The notes: a model not told the origin generated them from the letters alone. A DNA stretch of 63,627 nucleotides, filler included, from Licmophora abbreviata (GCA_900291995.1; 14 parts of 14 records of this genome joined end to end with filler, not necessarily neighbours in it), one strand, 5' to 3'. Shown: positions 20,300-30,332, counted from the first letter of the whole stretch. A program made the numbers and translations.

Positions 20300-20322
20300 A
20301 GAAACGCTTTAGTGCGGCGTGC

Positions 20323-21757
20323 TTAATTGCGCGCGGCATGGAGAGCAAGCGTGTCGATCCGGGCTTCGATGGCGTCCAGAACGGCGGCATACTCGGCGCT
20401 GTCCACCGATCCGTAGCGGCTGTCGAATTCGGTTTGCGACATGATCTGCGGGATATCGTCGAAAGGCACGATCACGTCATGCTCGCTCTGAAGGCGGGCC
20501 AGAAGAGCGGGCCAATCCTGCGGCGGCGCGGTCATCAGGCGGTTGGACATCCGTATGCCGGAATTGTTGGCGGCAAGATCGGTAAAGTCGAACCCGCCTG
20601 ACTGCAGGGTGTCGTAAAGCTCCTTGAATTCACCGACCGACACCGCGAACCCCCGGTTCGAGGCCGCCTGCAACGCGGCGGCGGTCGTGAAATGCCGGCG
20701 ACTGTCGATCCGGCCGTTCAGCGTGACCTCGTCGCAATCGCTGCGCCAATCGCGGTCGGCCACCAGATCACCACCGATCAGCCGTCCGACGATCATCGGA
20801 AAGTCCCGCGCGCCGCAGACCCGGGTGAGCGCGAACATGGCGGCGGTATAGGCATTGGGCAGGGTTTCGGGCGTGCTGCCGTCAAGTGCGGCCTGCAGGG
20901 TGAAATGCAGATAGGGCAGGTAGCTGCCCGTCGCGGGCAGCTCACCCCGGTCCATGGCCTCGCGGATCATCAGGTAATAGCGGTCGATCTGCGAGGCCAT
21001 CGGCATGTCGGCGCCGCGCATCGTGCCGAAGAGACCGCGCATGATCCCATTCTTGCCCACGTCGCCCATGGCAAGATCAAAAGAGAGNNNNNNNNNNNNN
21101 NNNNNNNNNNNNNNNNNNNNNNNNNNNNNNNTTAATTAATTAANNNNNNNNNNNNNNNNNNNNNNNNNNNNNNNNNNNNNNNNNNNNGTCGTCCATGGCA
21201 AGATCAAAAGAGAGGTTCTGGTCGTCAATCGTCATCCGGGTGACGGCGCCGAGCACTGTGTCGCCGACCCCGTGGCCGATGGCGGCATTCGCGCCGAGGC
21301 GCGCGATTTCAAGCGCAAGGCCGGGCGGGATCGGGACCGGCCCCACGCGGATATCGGTGGGCATGACCTGCCCTTCGAATTCGGGGATACGGGCCGAGAT
21401 ATTCAGGAACTTCACTGCAGGTGTGTAAGGCACTGGGATCGAGGCGCGCAGAATAGCGGTTTCACCGTCAATGCGCAGATCGCTCCGGAAGCCCGGCACG
21501 AACCGCGCGCCGAGACGCAAGAGGCTGTTGAGCTCGGTCTCGGACATGACCAGCGGTTCGGTTGGTGTCGCGCCGTTTCCGGCGGCGCTGCGGATGCTGT
21601 GCACAAAGCTGCGGGCGACCACCACATCCTGCGGCTTGGGGGCGCTGCTTTCGGCGATCAGCGGATGATCGTCAAGCACCATGACATAGATCGCCGACCC
21701 AGCCAGAACGCCTGCAACCAGCACAAAGATAACAAGTCGACCGATCAGCCGGAGCAT
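20323..21757 (-). CDS. Membrane-anchored hypothetical protein (435 aa once the 27-nt contig overlap is collapsed)
   Basis: N-terminal TM MLRLIGRLVIFVLVAGVLAG; halves rejoin in frame; C-terminal RHFTTAAAL...GEFKELYD...GGFDFTDLAANNSG. Confidence 0.8.
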
Positions 21758-21904
21758 GTCTGGTGGCCTTTGGATCTTGGGAAAGGGAAAGCGTGAGGCA
21801 AAGAAATGTGCTTTTGGGTTATCTGCAAGCGATGGGGCCAAGCATAGCGCAAGCGGCACCCCCGTGCATTACCGATTATGCCGCGTGGCGGGTGGGCGCC
21901 GGGT

Positions 21905-22558
21905 TCAGGCCTGATTTCGCCGACGGTCCAGAAACGGTGCGGCAAGCGCACCTGCGATGAACCCGCCCAGATGGGTTTCCCACGCAAGATGTCCCGAAGT
22001 GGCCCAGAACATCAGCAGGTTCAGAACGACAAGCAGCGTGACCGGCCACAGGATCGCATAAGCCAGCGACGTGATGCCTGGCCGTGCGCGCAGCGTATCG
22101 GTGATGTCCCAGATCACCCAGGCGCCAACCAGTCCGAAGAGCGCACCCGAGGCCCCGACCATGGGTTGCAGCTTGTCGCTGAGCAGGGCAAAGCCCGCCG
22201 CCCCGCCAAGAACCGACAGCGCATAGATTGCAGCAAAGCGCCAGGCGCCGATCCGGTCAAGCTCGGCCCGGGCGACCGAGACAAGCGTGACCATGTTGAC
22301 CAGCAGATGCCCTGGCCCGGCATGAAGACCGGCATAGGTGATGAACATGAGCCAGGGCTGCAGCGGATAGTTCGGTGTCCAGCCCCGCAGAAGCCCCGTC
22401 CAGAAGGCGAAATGTTCATAGGTGAAGCGGCGCCAGCGCGGGCTGCCCCAGATGCCCCAATCGGCACCAAGCAAGACCGCCTCGGGAAGCACCGAGACCG
22501 CAAGCAGCGCAAGGAGCACAAGGCGCGCCCGGCGCTCGGAGGGCAAGAACGCGTTCAT
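21905..22558 (-). CDS. Rhomboid intramembrane serine protease
   Basis: ITYAGLHAGPGHLLVNM, catalytic GASG, and AWETHLGG His; six TM helices. Confidence 0.92.
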   Translation of the reverse strand: MNAFLPSERRARLVLLALLAVSVLPEAVLLGADWGIWGSPRWRRFTYEHFAFWTGLLRGWTPNYPLQPWLMFITYAGLHAGPGHLLVNMVTLVSVARAELDRIGAWRFAAIYALSVLGGAAGFALLSDKLQPMVGASGALFGLVGAWVIWDITDTLRARPGITSLAYAILWPVTLLVVLNLLMFWATSGHLAWETHLGGFIAGALAAPFLDRRRNQA

Positions 22559-22615
22559 TACATGCCCAAAAGCAGCTTGGACGCGGCTTGGCAAGCCATG
22601 GAACGGGTCAGCGCA

Positions 22616-24034
22616 TCAAGGCAAGAGGTCGAAACTGCGGCTCAGGCTCACGAAAACCGAGGTCGAGTCAGCATTCCCGAGACGCTCTTCGTCGCGGATG
22701 CGGTGGCTGACGCCTGTGCTGAGCGTCCAGTCGCGGGTGAGCGACCGGTTATAGCTGAGCGAGATGCCTGCGCGTTCGGTTTCATTGGTGGTGCCGGTGC
22801 CATCGGTCAGACCGTAATCCATGCTGAGGCCAAGGCTGGACAGGGTGTTGATGTCGTAGCTGTAATTGACCACGGCGCTGGTCGCCAGACGCTCTTCGTC
22901 TTCGTCGTTGGTGCTGACGGTCCGGTTCAGGCGGACGCTGAGGGCGCTTCTGGCCAGCTGGTATTGCCAGTTGAGCGACCCGACAAGATCGGGGCTGCGG
23001 CCTTCGAAGCTGGTGGCGCCAAGGCTGGCCGAGAGCGACCCGTTGGGCAATTGCAGGTTGCGGCCAAAGCGCAAGGTCACACGGTCCCCGGCCTGATCCA
23101 CCGTGGTCGCAAGACTTGCGGTGATCTCGCCGTTGGTCATCGGGCGTTGAAGCCCGATCTGACCGATCACGCCCGATCGCGTTGTCGATCCGATGGTTTC
23201 GCGCGTGTCGATTTCGGTATAGCCGAGAGAGGCATCCACGACGGTTCCATCGAAGAGCTGGTTCTCGACGCCGAAATTCACCGAGTAGGTGTCGCGCTTG
23301 GTCTGAAGGGTGTCGTCGGATTCGTACCGGTCGTAATTCAGGGCCACGCGTCCGGTGGTCACAGGCGAAAACCGCAAAAGGGCGGTCACGCCGGCGCGGC
23401 TGCGTTCGGTATCGCTCAGGCCGGCGCGGGCGTTGTCGGTGTAGTATAATCCGCTGACGCCCGCATCAAAGACAAAGCCGATCGGCGCGTTGCGCCCGGT
23501 TTGCAGCTGGGTGGACAGGTTGTAGTTGTTGCGCTTGCCGCGGCCATCGAGCTCGTCGAAATCGTCGGGCAGGACGATCTCGCCATCCTGATCGATGAAG
23601 TCCTCGATTGACCGCACAAAGCCCACATCCGACTGGCTGAAGCGCCCATCGACGCTGAACAAAGCATTGGCGCCTTCCCGGCTGTAGGACAGGCGAATGT
23701 CGGGATCTGCGAACCCGGTCGAGATCTCGGAGCGGGATGGCACATTGCCTTCACGGAACACGCCGCCAAGCGACAGCGACAGGCTTTGGGTGCGCGTTTC
23801 GGAATTCAGATTGAAGCGCAGCGATGTGGTCGCAAGCTGCGTGCTGCCGGAGGATGGGATGTCCAGCGCGATGTTGTCGCCCGCCTCGAATCTCTGGCTG
23901 ACCGAGAGCGATGCGTTGAGCGCACTCTCGTCCCGTTCCTGAGCAAACAGCGGATACACCGCAAGGGCCGAAGCCCCTGCCAAGGTGATCGGTATGAAAT
24001 GCCTGCTTTTCAAAACTGCTGTCTCGCCTATCAA
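22616..24034 (-). CDS. Outer-membrane beta-barrel protein, EPS/exosortase-system associated (start uncertain)
   Basis: Signal-like segment, then amphipathic beta-strands throughout ending TSVFVSLSRSFDLLP; directly downstream of the OPX gene. Confidence 0.75.
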   Translation of the reverse strand: MIGETAVLKSRHFIPITLAGASALAVYPLFAQERDESALNASLSVSQRFEAGDNIALDIPSSGSTQLATTSLRFNLNSETRTQSLSLSLGGVFREGNVPSRSEISTGFADPDIRLSYSREGANALFSVDGRFSQSDVGFVRSIEDFIDQDGEIVLPDDFDELDGRGKRNNYNLSTQLQTGRNAPIGFVFDAGVSGLYYTDNARAGLSDTERSRAGVTALLRFSPVTTGRVALNYDRYESDDTLQTKRDTYSVNFGVENQLFDGTVVDASLGYTEIDTRETIGSTTRSGVIGQIGLQRPMTNGEITASLATTVDQAGDRVTLRFGRNLQLPNGSLSASLGATSFEGRSPDLVGSLNWQYQLARSALSVRLNRTVSTNDEDEERLATSAVVNYSYDINTLSSLGLSMDYGLTDGTGTTNETERAGISLSYNRSLTRDWTLSTGVSHRIRDEERLGNADSTSVFVSLSRSFDLLP

Positions 24035-24046
24035 TAGAGTTTTTTG

Positions 24047-24664
24047 TTATTCGAACAGGCGGCGCTCCGGAACAATGATGACGTCCCCGGGTGCCATGAC
24101 CGTCATCCCGATGCCGGATTTGCCGGCAAGGATGTCTTTGTAATTGACGTTGTAGACACGCTCCTTGCCGTCCTTGCCGACACGCCGCAATTGAACCCGC
24201 TGCGTGGCCGCGAAGCGCGAGAAGCCGCCGATTTCGGCAAGAAGCTGCAGCATCGTCGTGCCTTCCGCCACCTCGACCTTGCCGGGATTGGCCACTTCCC
24301 CCATCACGTAGATCGGCACGGTGTCTTCATCCGCCTGAACCGGCATTTGCAGGTCATTCTGCGCCAGTCGCGCCATGGACATAAACACGGTCGGCCCGCT
24401 GGAGAAATTGGGCGCAAGCGCTTGGGTAACGTTCTCGCGAACCTGTGTCAAAGTGCGCCCGGCGGCGGGCACCGTGCCTGCGAGAGGAACAGAGATCCGC
24501 CCGTCGGGCAGAACAAGCGTGTCACGGTTGATGCTGCTGTCCTCAAGAACCTCAATGCGAAGAACGTCCCCGGGTTTGATCCGGTAGCTTTCCTGGGCCG
24601 AGGTCTGCACGGCCATGAAAGGCACGATAACCAGGGCGGAAAGCAGTGCAATAATGCGTTTCAT
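24047..24664 (-). CDS. Polysaccharide export protein, short OPX/Wza family (Poly_export + SLBB)
   Basis: YRIKPGDVLRIEV, PDGRISVPLAG (PES motif), IYVMGEVANPG, GGFSRFA, PGDVIIVP. Confidence 0.9.
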   Translation of the reverse strand: MKRIIALLSALVIVPFMAVQTSAQESYRIKPGDVLRIEVLEDSSINRDTLVLPDGRISVPLAGTVPAAGRTLTQVRENVTQALAPNFSSGPTVFMSMARLAQNDLQMPVQADEDTVPIYVMGEVANPGKVEVAEGTTMLQLLAEIGGFSRFAATQRVQLRRVGKDGKERVYNVNYKDILAGKSGIGMTVMAPGDVIIVPERRLFE

Positions 24665-24994
24665 ATCAAATTCTCTTCCCGTTTCCGTCTTATTACCCCC
24701 AGTCCCGAAAATACCTGCGCGGACCGGACACCCCAAGAAATATCACAATTTGGTAAGGGCTTGGAGTCACTGTTAAAACACCCGTGCCATTGATGCAACA
24801 ATTTCAAGGGGTTTTCGCGTGAACGCGTGGGGGCAGCCATTACTCCACGCTTTTTGGCGAAAATGGGGCAGTAATATGGGGCATTTAACATCTGTTGGCC
24901 TTACTGCTGCCTTAAAGGCCCGAAAATATGAACCTGACACAGGACGCGCCAGCCGCAAGCAGGCGGTCCGGCACAAGCCAGGAGGGTAGCGCTC

Positions 24995-25144
24995 ATGATG
25001 ATCGGATTTGTCGTCCTCGCCGTTCTGACGGGATTGGTGACCGGGGCCGGTGCAATGGTCATGGGCCATGGTGTGCTGGCGGCCATGGGCATTTACGCCG
25101 GAACGGGTGTTCTGGTCCTCCTTGGGCTGATTGCGCAGGCCATG
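24995..25144 (+). CDS. Small hydrophobic membrane protein (3' end lost)
   Basis: GGAGGG RBS; MMIGFVVLAVLTGLVTGAGAMVMGHGVLAAMGIYAGTGVLVLL, two TM helices. Confidence 0.55.
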
Positions 25145-25244
25145 NNNNNNNNNNNNNNNNNNNNNNNNNNNNNNNNNNNNNNNNNNNNTTAATTAATTAA
25201 NNNNNNNNNNNNNNNNNNNNNNNNNNNNNNNNNNNNNNNNNNNN

Positions 25245-25272
25245 GCCCTCTCGCTATCAGCGAGAGGGCTTT
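25245..25272 (+). terminator. Hairpin, probable rho-independent terminator
   Basis: GCCCTCTCGCT-atc-AGCGAGAGGGC-TTT, an 11-bp perfect stem at the contig start. Confidence 0.55.
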
Positions 25273-25634
25273 GCTAGTGACACACGCCCTTAAAGTTGAA
25301 GCCTCTCAGCCGCCGATAAAATTATGCATGACCAGTGCAAGAAGTTATGTGGGTGGGTCTAGTTAGGCGCTGTGTCCCTCCCTCACTTTGGTATCACCAT
25401 GTTGTTTCTGATTATCAGGGAGACCCGGAGCCACGCAGCGGTACTATGATGCGAATGCTTTTCCATTATTTACAGACGGGACAATTTTCCCCGAAGCGCT
25501 GGCATTAGCTTGATGCGCTAGTGCTAAATTGCACTACTTGCGTTACTGATAACTACTGATCAGTTAAGCAGCGTGGCAGCGCTGGCGTGCTATGGGCGTA
25601 TTGTTATTTTATATGCATTAACCAATCATCAGTA

Positions 25635-28600
25635 TCACATATCCCAGATGTCGACAGTTATTGTTGCGGCTGACCGGAGACCATATTCGTCAGTTGCCCA
25701 ATACGTAAAGCTATCAGTGCCGACGAAGTCATGATCCGGCATGTATTCAAGCAGACCGTTTTCAAGGATAGTAGCGCGCCCATTGGCGGGGTTTTCGGTA
25801 CTGTCGATCATCAGAATGTCCCCATCTATGTCCCGATCATTCGCGAGCACATCGATAAGTATGCTCGTGTTGGTCGAGGACGAAGCTAAATCATCGTTAG
25901 CCGTCGGAGTTGAGTTTTCCAATGGCAAGGTGCCATTGTTGACATAGTTTGCCTCAAGCCAAGACCGTTCATTGGAAATTTCTATAACGTGTTTAATTTT
26001 GGCGATTTCACCTGTGACACGATCAGTGACGGCATCAGGTACAATGATCACCGTGCGTCCGTCTTGGGTTTCCCAAAAACCCTCTTGCTCGATAAAGTCA
26101 CGCAAATACAATCTGTGTTCATCCGCACCACTGCCTCGCTCAGTTGCGCCGATAGAGTCTGTTTTGATCCCTGAAAAGTACAAGACATGGTGCACTTCCA
26201 TGGGCTCTGATTGGTCCAGCACGAAGCCGAGAGTGCCGCTAATTAACTCTTCTGACGATATGATGGAGTGCTGAGCCGAATTGAAGCCGGACATGTCAAC
26301 AGCGTTATTTGCTAGATCAAGATCAATCAAAACGTGACCTACATCGCTATCTTCCACGGGCATTGTGAAATGATTGCTAAACTTGAGTCCAGTTTCAAAG
26401 CCATTAATCGAAGAGTTGCTTATGACTAGGTCGATTGTGTTTGTTCCTAGAATTACACCAGTTTTCGGCCGCCCATACCACTCATCAGTTTGGGTGGCGA
26501 GAATATCCACGTCCTTTAGAGTATAGTGACTGGTATATGTGAGGTTGACACCGCTTTTAGTTTCCCAGTTAACAAAATCCTCAATCATTGTTCGGAAATC
26601 ATGACCTTGATTGGGTGAAGCTTTGACCACGATTAATCCATGCTCCGTCCCGAAGGCTTCATTGCCGGAGAACTCTTGAATCGGGGATTGACTAGGCCGA
26701 ACGCTTTCCTGACCGAGAGCCATCTCGCTGTGCTCTAGGGTGTCAGTCAAGTTTTCTGTGCGCTGGCCCCGAGTGAGCCAGACAAAACCATGAGTGGTAT
26801 TCGCCGCGACATTGTCCATGCTCTCTACAAGACGACCGGCAAAGAAAAATCCATCACCGGTGCGACCATTGTCATCTCTTTTAACGTCCTCACCCACTTT
26901 GACTGCAGCATCACCGCCGGGGTATGCCCCCACCGATCGAATAGCCAAATTCTCACGCCAGATCCCCGTCTCGTCGCCATCTTCGGCGGCGAAGGCGGCG
27001 CCGAAGACGTCGAAGGCGACGTTGCTCACGAAGTCGGCGTGGCTTGAATGGTGCACGAAGCCCCAGCCGGGCGAGCCGCTCACAGTGTTGCCGATGGCAT
27101 AGGCCGGGTCGTTGTCGATTTCGGTGCCGGTCTTGTGGAAGTGGAATGAATACCGGCTCTTGATATTCGTATCCGCCTCGATCGTGTCGAAGAAGTCCAG
27201 ATCCCCGGCGGGGCGCGACTTGTCCGTGCGGCCCAGATCGTCAAAGGCGGCATAGCGCACGTCGACATCGTCGTTATGCATGAACATCACGTGACCGCGA
27301 TGATGCAGGGCCGAGGCCTCGCCGTCTTCGCTGGTGAAGGTGATGTTGCGCGTCATGTTGGCGACGTAAGCGGCCAGATCGGCGCGCGGTGTGTCGTGGT
27401 CGAATTGCAGGGGCTCGCCGATCGTGATCGTGTTGCCGTCGATCGCGGTGATCGTCACCTCTTCGTCCTGGCTTTCGAAATGGGCCATCTTCGCGCCGTC
27501 CCAACGCCAGCCTTCCTTGTGCGTGCCGGTGATGACGATCGTATCGCCGACGGACCAGTTTTCCGGGATCTCGGAGAGGACGATCTGCGTATCGCCGGCC
27601 ATCGGGGCATCGGCGACCTTTAGGAACTCGGTCTTTTCCTCGCCGTGGATGTCCACCTGACCATGCGAGATCAGGCCGCGCGACAGGAGTGTTGGATCCC
27701 AGCTGACGTCGATATCGCCGTTATTGGCGAAAATGATCTTCGTGTCGAAACCGCTTTGAACGGGATTGTCCTTGGTGCCGATCTCCAGCCGCCCGCTGCT
27801 GTCGACCACGAAGGTATCGATCAGCATCTTGGTGTTCATATCGGTCGCAAAGCTCAGATCACCATCGACGCGCAGGGTAAAGAGGGACGCGTCGCTTTCG
27901 CCATTGTAGCGGATGGAGATGTCCTTCGGGATCAGGACCTTGGCAGCTTCGCCGGGGATCAGGCCATTGTGCCACGTGGTTGGATCGAACCAGTCGCCAT
28001 TGCGGATCGCGATATGGGTCGCCTCGGCACGGGGCACGAGATCGAGCAATTCGCTATGCTCCATCATCTTGCCCATGTCGTCCATATGCATGGAGTGATC
28101 CATATCCGGCGCCGTGATGACCGTTTGCACGAAGGCGTCTATCTCGGCCTGTGTCGCGTTATGGGGCAGGCCGCCACCGCTCTGTGTCATGTCTCCGTGA
28201 TCATGCTGGCCGTCCATGTCGTGGCCCGAATGATCCGTGACATCGCTGCCCATGTCGGTGGAGGGTTGATCGGTTGTCCCGTCTCCAATGTCATGACCGG
28301 AATGATCGGTGTCGTCATCGCTCATGTCGTGAGAGCCATGATCGGTTGTGTCGCCGCCCATGTCGGTGTTGGGCTCATCGGTTGTCGCGTCACCCGACGT
28401 ATGGTCGCCCGTGTCGTCGCCCATTGCCGGCATATCGGGAGAAGGATCGACATCTAGGTGCGTATCATCCTGTGCCGGCGCTTCGGGGGCGGGGGTCTCT
28501 TCCTCGGCTGCGGGCGGGGAGGAGGGCTGACTGACCGGGGTTTCCTTGGGCGTTGCTGGACGCGCCGTATTTCCGAAAAGCCCGTTCCAGAAATCAAAGG

Positions 28601-29276
28601 CGTAGAATGGCTGGTAAAGGCTTGCGAAAATCCCCTGATTTGCGCCGGTCTCGACCCCACCGCGTGTGCTTGTGTCGGAGGATGATGTGGAAGCCCCGCT
28701 CCACGAGCCTGACGAGGAGGTTCCGTTGAGGGCGCTTCCCGACATGTATGGATCGGTGGCGGAGGTATCGACCCTGGTCCAGGGGTTGCTCCAGGAATAG
28801 GCCGCGGTGCTGACACTGACATTGACAACCGGGACTGCGGCAGGGGCCATTACAGGCCACGAGAACCACGACATGCTGAAGACCGGCATTGTCCAGGCGA
28901 CTGGAGCGATATCTTGAAACGGGCCGACCTCTTGATGGGTTTCGGAGACGCTGGCGTCCCACGAATTGCCATTGCTTGTCGTCAGCCGTGAAGAAGCCAT
29001 TCTTTGAAAAATCGACATCTCTGCAATCTCCAACAGTCTAAAATATGAACTGTCGGCATAGAATGCGTTCGTGGTGTCAGTTTGGCTTGATTGTGGCAAG
29101 ATAACAGGGGCTTGCCCGGTTTTGGCCACAGATGGAAAAAACTCGCCGAGAGTGAATTGCTTGCCTGCGTTCATGCCTTTTTCCAATATTATTTGGGTCA
29201 TCGCGTGACCATTGGACGGCAGGGCAAACAACAAGATTAAAACGAGCAAAACTTCACAAAGAAGTCTCGGTCTCAT
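25635..29276 (-). CDS. Large extracellular G8-domain protein with beta-helix-like region and C-terminal cadherin-like/Big domain (start uncertain)
   Basis: ATHIAIRNGDWFDPTTW...LRVDGDLSFA...GRLEIGT...GLISHGQVDIHG (G8); ANMTRNITF, RGHVMFMH, LGRTDK, RYSFHFH, GSPGWGFVHH; C-terminal PTANDD...IDVLANDRDIDGD...DFVGTDSFTY. Confidence 0.8.
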   Translation of the reverse strand: MRPRLLCEVLLVLILLFALPSNGHAMTQIILEKGMNAGKQFTLGEFFPSVAKTGQAPVILPQSSQTDTTNAFYADSSYFRLLEIAEMSIFQRMASSRLTTSNGNSWDASVSETHQEVGPFQDIAPVAWTMPVFSMSWFSWPVMAPAAVPVVNVSVSTAAYSWSNPWTRVDTSATDPYMSGSALNGTSSSGSWSGASTSSSDTSTRGGVETGANQGIFASLYQPFYAFDFWNGLFGNTARPATPKETPVSQPSSPPAAEEETPAPEAPAQDDTHLDVDPSPDMPAMGDDTGDHTSGDATTDEPNTDMGGDTTDHGSHDMSDDDTDHSGHDIGDGTTDQPSTDMGSDVTDHSGHDMDGQHDHGDMTQSGGGLPHNATQAEIDAFVQTVITAPDMDHSMHMDDMGKMMEHSELLDLVPRAEATHIAIRNGDWFDPTTWHNGLIPGEAAKVLIPKDISIRYNGESDASLFTLRVDGDLSFATDMNTKMLIDTFVVDSSGRLEIGTKDNPVQSGFDTKIIFANNGDIDVSWDPTLLSRGLISHGQVDIHGEEKTEFLKVADAPMAGDTQIVLSEIPENWSVGDTIVITGTHKEGWRWDGAKMAHFESQDEEVTITAIDGNTITIGEPLQFDHDTPRADLAAYVANMTRNITFTSEDGEASALHHRGHVMFMHNDDVDVRYAAFDDLGRTDKSRPAGDLDFFDTIEADTNIKSRYSFHFHKTGTEIDNDPAYAIGNTVSGSPGWGFVHHSSHADFVSNVAFDVFGAAFAAEDGDETGIWRENLAIRSVGAYPGGDAAVKVGEDVKRDDNGRTGDGFFFAGRLVESMDNVAANTTHGFVWLTRGQRTENLTDTLEHSEMALGQESVRPSQSPIQEFSGNEAFGTEHGLIVVKASPNQGHDFRTMIEDFVNWETKSGVNLTYTSHYTLKDVDILATQTDEWYGRPKTGVILGTNTIDLVISNSSINGFETGLKFSNHFTMPVEDSDVGHVLIDLDLANNAVDMSGFNSAQHSIISSEELISGTLGFVLDQSEPMEVHHVLYFSGIKTDSIGATERGSGADEHRLYLRDFIEQEGFWETQDGRTVIIVPDAVTDRVTGEIAKIKHVIEISNERSWLEANYVNNGTLPLENSTPTANDDLASSSTNTSILIDVLANDRDIDGDILMIDSTENPANGRATILENGLLEYMPDHDFVGTDSFTYWATDEYGLRSAATITVDIWDM
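28200..28379 (-). repeat. Five degenerate 36-bp (12-aa) tandem repeats in the G8 protein
   Basis: DEPNTDMGGDTT / DHGSHDMSDDDT / DHSGHDIGDGTT / DQPSTDMGSDVT / DHSGHDMDGQHD. Confidence 0.8.
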
Positions 29277-29446
29277 GACGCGTGCGGCCTTTTATTAATT
29301 GTGAGCCTGCACTCAACCTGCCTGCTCTAATACTATCAGAAGGCGCAGGCCTGTAGAATCCCCATCAGGCAGCATCGGCGACAATGTGCCAGTGCCCCAG
29401 GCCCGCAGGCTTGCGGCATGCGGATATGGACCACCGGGTCAGGGTG

Positions 29447-30316
29447 TCAGTTCCCGTAATATCCATAGCTGTCGCTGCGATCCATGTAGCGGCATTTGTT
29501 CAGAACCACGCCAAGAACATTGGTCCGGGCGGCAAGTTCTTGCTCGCATTTGTCGACTTCTGCGGGACGCGTGCGCTCGGCCTCGGCCACAAGAAGCGCG
29601 CAGTCGATCTGATCGAGAAACGCCAGCGTATCATCGCTGACCAGCAGCGGCGATGTGTCGAAGAGCATCACATCGGGTGCATAAGCGGCTTCGAGCCGGT
29701 CCAGCACAGCGGCGGCACTGCTGCCCTGCAGGAGTTCCGCCGAATGACGTTTCGAAGATTGGTTCACCGCGAAGATCAGGTTGGTGCCATAGCGCAAAAG
29801 GTGATCCTCGGCCGGTTCCTTTTCGGCGAGGGCTTCAGAGAATTGCACCGGCTCCTTCAGGCCCAGCACCCTGGCGATCGAGGGGCGGCGCATGTCGAGC
29901 TCGACCACCATGATCTTGAGATCGCTTTGCCGCGCAAGGCTGAAGGCCAGGTTGAGGCATGTCATCGTCTTGCCGCTACCTGCGCCCGGTGATGTGATCC
30001 CAACCCGCCGCCAGCCCTGCTTGCGCATCTTCTGCATCAGCTTGGTGCGCATCATGTCATAGGGCGCCGCCTCGGGGCAGGCCTGATAGGCCAGAATGCG
30101 GTTATGCGTCAGCTTTGCGGGTTTCGGCTGAAATGTCCGGACGGTTTTCCAAAGCGCATCACGCTTTGGGTCTGCTTCCTTTTCGACGACCGAGACTTGC
30201 GGCGCGGTCACGGTTGTGTCGCGCAGCGCTGCCGATGGTGCCTGCTTCGGCTCGGGGCGTGTGCCTTGCTGGCGGGCCTGCCGTGCCTTTTCGATGGCGG
30301 ATTGGATTCGTTCCAT
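29447..30316 (-). CDS. BY-kinase, CpsD/CapB family (cytoplasmic half of a split Wzc)
   Basis: MERIQSAIEKAR, ITSPGAGSGKT (Walker A), VVELDMRRP (A'), MLFDTSP (B), Tyr tail YMDRSDSYGYYGN. Confidence 0.92.
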   Translation of the reverse strand: MERIQSAIEKARQARQQGTRPEPKQAPSAALRDTTVTAPQVSVVEKEADPKRDALWKTVRTFQPKPAKLTHNRILAYQACPEAAPYDMMRTKLMQKMRKQGWRRVGITSPGAGSGKTMTCLNLAFSLARQSDLKIMVVELDMRRPSIARVLGLKEPVQFSEALAEKEPAEDHLLRYGTNLIFAVNQSSKRHSAELLQGSSAAAVLDRLEAAYAPDVMLFDTSPLLVSDDTLAFLDQIDCALLVAEAERTRPAEVDKCEQELAARTNVLGVVLNKCRYMDRSDSYGYYGN

Positions 30317-30332
30317 GATCAGCGTCCCTTCT

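Noticed and set aside
21878..23449. 523-aa plus-strand ORF and similar long ORFs (54-707, 4669-5694, 15725-16912, 58275-59396, 62070-63164)
   Set aside because: They lie antisense to well-supported genes in GC-rich DNA and show no motifs.
25362..25430. TTAGGCGCTGTGTCCCT... resembling an IS5-type end
   Set aside because: No partner inverted repeat or transposase; too short to call without a database search.
28200..28379. 36-bp periodicity as a possible CRISPR array
   Set aside because: These are degenerate in-frame coding repeats with no repeat-spacer structure and no cas genes.
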